Positions 58,380 through 64,000 of a stretch of DNA of 64,000 bases are shown one piece after another. A model generated the notes under the pieces. It was not told the DNA's origin and did not search any database. It saw nothing but the letters and a program-made list of their open reading frames with translations. The first letter of the stretch is position 1. Each line of letters begins with the position of its first letter. The translations under genes were made by a program, and so were the position numbers. Location: the NCBI GenBank assembly GCA_030619885.1, contig JAUXAN010000001.1, positions 75,474 through 139,473 on the forward strand, read 5' to 3'. The DNA is from a bacterium (GTDB lineage Bacteria > Hydrothermota > DG-26 > JAUXAN01).

Positions 58380-60077
58380 ATGAAGTTGGTTCTGTTTTTC
58401 GCTATTTTAGCACTCTATATCTCTACACTCTGTCCCACTGTCGTGTTCATCGATTCAGGAGAGTTGACTACCGTTTCATATACCCTCGGTATTGCACACC
58501 CAACAGGTTATCCACTCTATACCATAATGGGAAGAATGTTTACTTTGATACCTTTCGGAAATGTTGCACTTAGAGTAAATCTGCTCTCTGCAATCCTCTC
58601 AGCACTTACTATTGTTATCCTTTATAGTTTAATATCGCTCTGCCTTGGAAGTTCATCTCTTTTCCCCCTTTTAGGTTCCCTGCTTTTCGCTTTCTCTTAT
58701 GTTTTCTGGCGAAACTCCACAGTGGCGGAGGTATATCCACTAACAACCTTTTTCACCGCTCTGTTACTTCTCATCTTTGTAAAATGGCAAAGAAAAAAAG
58801 AGACGCATATCTTATACCTGCTCTTCTTTCTCATCGGGCTGGCTTTCTGTAACCATCTGATAATCTTTACAGCGTCAGTGCCAGTTGCAGTCTTTGTTCT
58901 CAAAGAGAAACGCCCGCTATTCGATAAACATCTTTTTAATCTGTGCGTGTTGTTCATTTTAGGACTCTCGTTATACCTTTACCTCCCAATCCGTGCAACA
59001 AGAGAACCTCTTTTGAACTGGGGAAATCCTACGGTATTTGAAAGATTCATCTGGCATATAACAGGCAAGCAGTACAGGGTGTGGATGTTTTCCCAATCCG
59101 TACCTATTTTAGGCAAAAGGCTTTATAATTATGTAAGACTTCTTTTTGAACAGTATCCACCATATATTCTATGGATTGCTCCCTTGGGCATAATCGAGAG
59201 TGTGAGGAAGTTAAAGCTGATCGGCTGGGTAATGCTGAGCACTTTCCTGCTCAATATCTTCTATTCGATAAACTACGACATACCAGATATAGACTCTTAT
59301 TTTCTCATCTCATTTTTAATCGTATCAATATGGTTGGGGTTCGGATTTAATAGACTTTTCACCTCCATCTTCCGTTTGAAAAAATTCGCATACATTCTGT
59401 TAGGACTCTGTTTAATCCCTGCAATTAAAAATTACCCGAGGGTGAACCAGAGAAAAAATTATATCGCATACAACTATGGTATGAATGTTCTAAAATCTGT
59501 AAAGCATAACGGGATTGTCCTGACAAATCTGTGGGATATTTATTCACCCATACTCTATATAAGGTATGTAGAAAATAAAAGAAGAGATGTAGTTATGATA
59601 GATAAAGAACTGTTGAGAAGGTCGTGGTATTTCAAATATTTAAATAGAGAATACCCATGGCTGATAGAAGACTCAAAACTTGAGGTGAAAGATTACCTGA
59701 AACTATTGGATGACTTTGAACATAATAGACTGAAAGACCCTAATGAGATACAGAGAAACTTTATAAGAATGATAGACAGTTTCATCTACAAAAACATCAG
59801 TGAAAGACCTGTTTATACAACATTTGTAAATGGATATGACAGAGATATCAGAGAAATTGCACCGAGCCTCTTCAGAATACCCCACGGGTTGATTTTCCAA
59901 TTCGATTCCACCGAGTCATACACCCCTTTCTCTTACGATTCTTTTGACTTGAGTGGGATATTTGATGAATCGGTCTATAAAGACAAAAGGACAAAGATTT
60001 TAATTTCAAATTATCCGAAGATGATGAGATTGAGGGAGCTATGGCTTCAAAAAATTGGAAAATATGAAACTCATTGA
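58380..60077 (+). CDS. DUF2723 / TMEM260-like GT-C membrane protein
   Basis: DSGEL...GIAHPTGYPLY, AEVY, YLYLPIR, NWGNP. Confidence 0.9.
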   Translation: MKLVLFFAILALYISTLCPTVVFIDSGELTTVSYTLGIAHPTGYPLYTIMGRMFTLIPFGNVALRVNLLSAILSALTIVILYSLISLCLGSSSLFPLLGSLLFAFSYVFWRNSTVAEVYPLTTFFTALLLLIFVKWQRKKETHILYLLFFLIGLAFCNHLIIFTASVPVAVFVLKEKRPLFDKHLFNLCVLFILGLSLYLYLPIRATREPLLNWGNPTVFERFIWHITGKQYRVWMFSQSVPILGKRLYNYVRLLFEQYPPYILWIAPLGIIESVRKLKLIGWVMLSTFLLNIFYSINYDIPDIDSYFLISFLIVSIWLGFGFNRLFTSIFRLKKFAYILLGLCLIPAIKNYPRVNQRKNYIAYNYGMNVLKSVKHNGIVLTNLWDIYSPILYIRYVENKRRDVVMIDKELLRRSWYFKYLNREYPWLIEDSKLEVKDYLKLLDDFEHNRLKDPNEIQRNFIRMIDSFIYKNISERPVYTTFVNGYDRDIREIAPSLFRIPHGLIFQFDSTESYTPFSYDSFDLSGIFDESVYKDKRTKILISNYPKMMRLRELWLQKIGKYETH

Positions 60078-60145
60078 AGTATACCATAAAGCTCTTGATT
60101 TTTTTAAAATTTTTTATATCTAAATATGGAGGTAGTGTTAAAAAA

Positions 60146-60241
60146 ATGAGCAGATGCGACTTTCGTATCGTAAAACTCGGCTCTACTCTGCGTAAGAGTA
60201 AGCCACAATGCAAAGGATGTCCCATTGAAGATTTTAGATGA
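60146..60241 (+). pseudogene. 31-aa remnant of an endonuclease III-type (HhH-GPD) gene
   Basis: GGAGGT RBS; IVKLGSTLRKSKPQCKGCPIEDF resembles the FCL Fe-S loop; overlaps the pcrA start. Confidence 0.5.
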
Positions 60242-62147
60242 TTTGAACCCGCCTCAGAGGGAGGCGGTTGAATACCTGGGTGGTCCCCTTTTAGTGCTTG
60301 CAGGTGCAGGGTCAGGAAAGACACGAGTGCTTACCTACAGGATTGTCTATCTGATTAGCGCAGCTAAAGTGAACCCGTGGAATATTCTTGCGGTTACATT
60401 TACAAACAAGGCGGCAGGTGAGATGAAGGAGAGGGTTGAAAAACTGATGGGATATCGCAGTAGAAATATGTGGATAGGAACATTTCATTCAAGATGTGTC
60501 CGTATGCTGAGAAAAGAATGTGAATTTTTAGGATATCCATCGAACTTTACAATCTATGATGCGGATGACCAACTCTCATTGATGAAGAAGACGCTGAAAC
60601 AGATGAATGTTTCTCACAAACAGTACCCTCCAAAATCGATTTTGGAAAAGATAAGTGGTGCAAAGACCATCCTTTTGACACCCCAAGAGTACGCATCCCA
60701 TACTAAAAGTTATTTTGAAGAGATGGTTGCAAAGATATATAAAACTTACCAGGAGAGTCTAAAAAGTTGCAATGCCTTTGACTTCGATGATTTGATATCT
60801 AAGACCGTGGAACTATTTAAAGAAAATCCAAAAATTCTTAAAAAGTATGCGAACAGGTTTAAACATGTATTGGTGGACGAGTATCAGGATACGAACTATG
60901 CACAGTATGTCCTTTTAGTGCAGTTGGCCTCTATACATAAGAATTTATGTGTAGTGGGAGATGAGGACCAATCTATCTACTCGTGGAGAGGGGCGGAGAT
61001 CAGAAATATTTTAGAATTCGAACAAGATTTTCCAGATGCAAAAGTGATAAAACTCGAGCAGAACTACAGGAGTACGAAACGGATCTTGGATGCAGCGACG
61101 AGTGTGGTCAAAAATAATATAAACAGAAAAGGGAAAATTTTGTGGACAGAGAATAAGAGAGGCGGAAAAATATATCTGTTTCATAAAAAGGATGAAAGAG
61201 AAGAGGCGAGATCCACTATAGATTTAATTCAGCACGAGATATGTCAAACAGGCAAACTGAATCTTCGCGACTTCTGTGTATTGTATCGGACAAATGCCCA
61301 GTCGAGAGCACTTGAAGAGGCTTTCAGAAGGGCTGACATACCTTACACTATAGTTGGAGGGATAAAATTTTATGAGAGAAAAGAGATTAAAGACCTGCTT
61401 GCTTATTTAAAAGTAGTGGTCAACCCAGCGGACGATGTGAGTATGAGAAGGATAGTGAATGTGCCGCCAAGGGGTATCGGAGAAACTACGACAAAAAATT
61501 TTGATACACTGATGGAGGATTTCGGGATCAGCCTTTATGAAGCGATGAGCAGAGTTGATGAGACAAGTTTACCGAATTCTAAAAAGGATAAGATAAAAAA
61601 GTTCATCAAGTTATTGAACGGTTATAGAAAATTAAAGAAGAAAGTTGATGCTTATGAACTACTTTCTAAGATAGAGAATGACATCGGTTATCTCAATATC
61701 CTTGAGAAGGAGCGAACCATAGAAGCGGAATCGAGGATTGAAAATGTTCGTGAACTTTTGGCATCGGTAAAAAACTTCACGGTAGAAGCTGATGACCCAT
61801 CGGTGGAGGCCTACATTGCAGAGGTAACCTTATTAACAGATATAGACAGGTGGGATGAGAAAAAAGATGTAGTCACATTGATGACCGCCCACAATGCTAA
61901 AGGGTTGGAATTTCCAGTGGTCTTCATAACGGGGTTAGAAGAAGGGCTCTTTCCCCACGCATCGTCTTTATATCCACCTTCTGAACTGGAAGAAGAGAGG
62001 CGGCTTTTCTATGTTGGATTAACGAGGGCAAAACGGAAGGTCTATCTATCCTATGCAGATAGAAGAAGCAGGTTCTCTGGCAGGTTTCAGTTTCCATCAC
62101 GATTTATAATGGAAATCCCGACAAATCTATTAAAATCACTGGATTGA
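60225..62147 (+). CDS. pcrA: ATP-dependent DNA helicase PcrA/UvrD
   Basis: AGAGSGKT, VDEYQDTN, GDEDQSIY, HNAKGLEF, EERRLFYVGLTRA. Confidence 0.95.
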   Translation: MKILDDLNPPQREAVEYLGGPLLVLAGAGSGKTRVLTYRIVYLISAAKVNPWNILAVTFTNKAAGEMKERVEKLMGYRSRNMWIGTFHSRCVRMLRKECEFLGYPSNFTIYDADDQLSLMKKTLKQMNVSHKQYPPKSILEKISGAKTILLTPQEYASHTKSYFEEMVAKIYKTYQESLKSCNAFDFDDLISKTVELFKENPKILKKYANRFKHVLVDEYQDTNYAQYVLLVQLASIHKNLCVVGDEDQSIYSWRGAEIRNILEFEQDFPDAKVIKLEQNYRSTKRILDAATSVVKNNINRKGKILWTENKRGGKIYLFHKKDEREEARSTIDLIQHEICQTGKLNLRDFCVLYRTNAQSRALEEAFRRADIPYTIVGGIKFYERKEIKDLLAYLKVVVNPADDVSMRRIVNVPPRGIGETTTKNFDTLMEDFGISLYEAMSRVDETSLPNSKKDKIKKFIKLLNGYRKLKKKVDAYELLSKIENDIGYLNILEKERTIEAESRIENVRELLASVKNFTVEADDPSVEAYIAEVTLLTDIDRWDEKKDVVTLMTAHNAKGLEFPVVFITGLEEGLFPHASSLYPPSELEEERRLFYVGLTRAKRKVYLSYADRRSRFSGRFQFPSRFIMEIPTNLLKSLD

Positions 62148-62213
62148 AACCTGTATCCGATTGCCCAAAGATGGGCTTGACAATCTTTATAATCTGTACT
62201 ATAGGATGAAGTA

Positions 62214-63551
62214 GTGATTATATCTGTATCAGGTCTCAGAGGTATTGTAGGTGAGGATTTGACCGATGAACTCATCTTTAAATATACCCACGCCTTTGGA
62301 AACTTTTGCAATAATGGAAAGGTCGTTGTAGGAAGGGATACAAGGCCATCTGGAGAGATGGTAAAGCGCTCTTGCTTCAAAGGGTTACTCTCTGCAGGAT
62401 GTGAGGTGGTTGACCTCGGCATCCTGCCCACTCCTTCAATCTTGTTTTCTACAAAGGAATTGAGAGCGGATGGAGGCATTTCAATCACTGCATCTCATAA
62501 TCCAATCGAATGGAATGGACTCAAATTTGTAAATTCGAAGGGGCTCTTTTTGAATAAAAAAGAGTATGAAAAATTTGAAAGGATGGTTAAAGAGACCAAA
62601 GTCTTTCCTGTTTGTCTTAAGGCGACTAAAAGCATAGGTAAACCGATTGACCGCCATATCAAAAAAATCCTCTCACTTGAATATTTAGACATCCCTGCTT
62701 TAAAAAAAAGAAGATTCAAGGTTGTCATAGATACGTGCAATGGAGCAGGATATGAGATTGGTCCAAAATTACTTCAAAAACTTGGCTGTGAGGTTATTAG
62801 AATGAATTGCAACCCTTTTGAACCATTTCCAAGACCGCCAGAGCCAAACTTGGAAAATTTAATGGCTTTGAAGAGGAGAGTCATAAAAGAGAATGCGGAT
62901 GTTGGTTTTGGACTCGATCCGGATGGGGATAGACTTGCTGTATGTAGCAAGAAGGACTTCCCCTTAGGTGAGGAGTATACTGTGGTGCTTGCCGCAAGTC
63001 TGATGCTTGGTAAAAAGAAGGGATGTGTGGTCACCAATCTCTCGACTACGAAATTGATTGACGATGTGGCAACCGAGAAGGGTGCATCGGTTATTAGAAC
63101 GAGAGTCGGCGAGGCGAATGTTGTGGAGGCGATTTTGAAAAATAAGGCGATAATTGGCGGTGAAGGTAATGGAGGTGTTATCCTGCCAGATGTTCATCTA
63201 ACCCGAGATGCATCTACAGGTATGGCACTAATTCTCCAGTATATCTTGGAACGGAGAGAAAGTATAGAAAATATACTTGACAAGTTTCCGAAATATTATA
63301 TAGTAAAAAAGAAAATTTCAATTAAGACCGATCGAGTTTTGAGGCTTGGTCGGTTAAAAGAAAAATTCGGTTGTGCAGAGATAAATGAAGAAGATGGACT
63401 CAAATTCTCTTGGAAAGATTCATGGGTTCATATTAGAAAATCAGGGACAGAACCTATCATGAGAATAATAGCAGAAGCGAAGACAGAGAAAGAAGCACAG
63501 AGTCTGATAAAACAGGTTCAAAGTTATTTGAACTTGGCACCACGAGATTAA
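62214..63551 (+). CDS. glmM: Phosphoglucosamine mutase / phosphohexomutase
   Basis: ITASHNP, DPDGDR, GGEGNGG, RKSGTEP; upstream of glmS. Confidence 0.85.
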   Translation: MIISVSGLRGIVGEDLTDELIFKYTHAFGNFCNNGKVVVGRDTRPSGEMVKRSCFKGLLSAGCEVVDLGILPTPSILFSTKELRADGGISITASHNPIEWNGLKFVNSKGLFLNKKEYEKFERMVKETKVFPVCLKATKSIGKPIDRHIKKILSLEYLDIPALKKRRFKVVIDTCNGAGYEIGPKLLQKLGCEVIRMNCNPFEPFPRPPEPNLENLMALKRRVIKENADVGFGLDPDGDRLAVCSKKDFPLGEEYTVVLAASLMLGKKKGCVVTNLSTTKLIDDVATEKGASVIRTRVGEANVVEAILKNKAIIGGEGNGGVILPDVHLTRDASTGMALILQYILERRESIENILDKFPKYYIVKKKISIKTDRVLRLGRLKEKFGCAEINEEDGLKFSWKDSWVHIRKSGTEPIMRIIAEAKTEKEAQSLIKQVQSYLNLAPRD

Positions 63552-63712
63552 CACGAAATTTAGAGGTTACGTTTATGGGTTACGGTTAGGAAGCCCGTAT
63601 CGTGGAACGGCTAACGGTTACGAATATGAGAACAAAAAAGACGAATCCCGTCTTCAATGGACGAAACGGGCATCGTAACCGATTAACTTAACCGAATGAC
63701 AGTAATTGAATT

Positions 63713-64000
63713 ATGTGTGGAATAGTAGGATATATAGGCGATAAGAATGTCGACGCTGTAATTTTAGTTGGTCTTGAGAAATTAGAATACAGAGGCTATG
63801 ATTCAGCAGGGGTTGCTACAATCTCAAAGGGTGAACTCGGTATCAGAAAGATAGTGGGCAAAATCTGGAGACTTGCAGGACTGCTCAATCAAAAACCCCT
63901 CGGTGGGAATGTCGGAATCGGTCACACAAGATGGGCAACACACGGTGAACCCACGAGACTGAATGCACACCCCCATGTAGACTGCAATCGCAGAATATCA
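63713..64000 (+). CDS. glmS: Glutamine-fructose-6-phosphate transaminase (3'-truncated by window edge)
   Basis: MCGIVGYIG...LEYRGYDSAG...GHTRWATHG. Confidence 0.96.
   Translation, partial: MCGIVGYIGDKNVDAVILVGLEKLEYRGYDSAGVATISKGELGIRKIVGKIWRLAGLLNQKPLGGNVGIGHTRWATHGEPTRLNAHPHVDCNRRIS

Noticed and set aside
63552-63712. glmS ribozyme upstream of glmS
   Set aside because: No AGCGCC or GACGAGG core; the region is GGTTACG/CGTAACC-type inverted repeat debris

Overview
AT-rich bacterial chromosomal segment, probably from an anaerobic diderm of the FCB-adjacent candidate phyla (WOR-3/TA06-like). That placement is inference, based on FlgD/T9SS-like C-terminal domain proteins, waaF/gmhB, hppA and iorB. 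Most of the window is housekeeping: dxs, dxr-cdsA-uppS, acpP-fabF-rnc-nadB, ugd-uxs-GT4, rpsU-mutS2-dnaG-rpoD-queF, rpsF-ssb-rpsR-rplI, ychF, hppA, an ECF sigma operon, rnhB-waaF, pcrA, glmM and glmS. Three accessory layers stand out. (1) An R-M-like pair whose methyltransferase is fused to a RadC N-terminal HhH region (18.7-20.9 kb). (2) A putative defence island (43.0-49.3 kb) with a HicA-HicB-SecB toxin-antitoxin-chaperone triad, a mini GIY-YIG gene, a HEPN-motif gene with an attC-like hairpin, a PIN remnant and a boxA-containing structured leader. (3) A dense, nested set of small interspersed repeats. These include an internally deleted GxxExxY nuclease gene bounded by the same inverted repeats that are scattered through the intergenic regions, about 25-bp palindromic micro-insertions with 5-bp duplications, a 207-bp MITE whose empty site is also in the window, and repeats inserted in-frame into loops of secreted-protein C-terminal domains. 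No tRNA, rRNA or intact CRISPR array was recognised.
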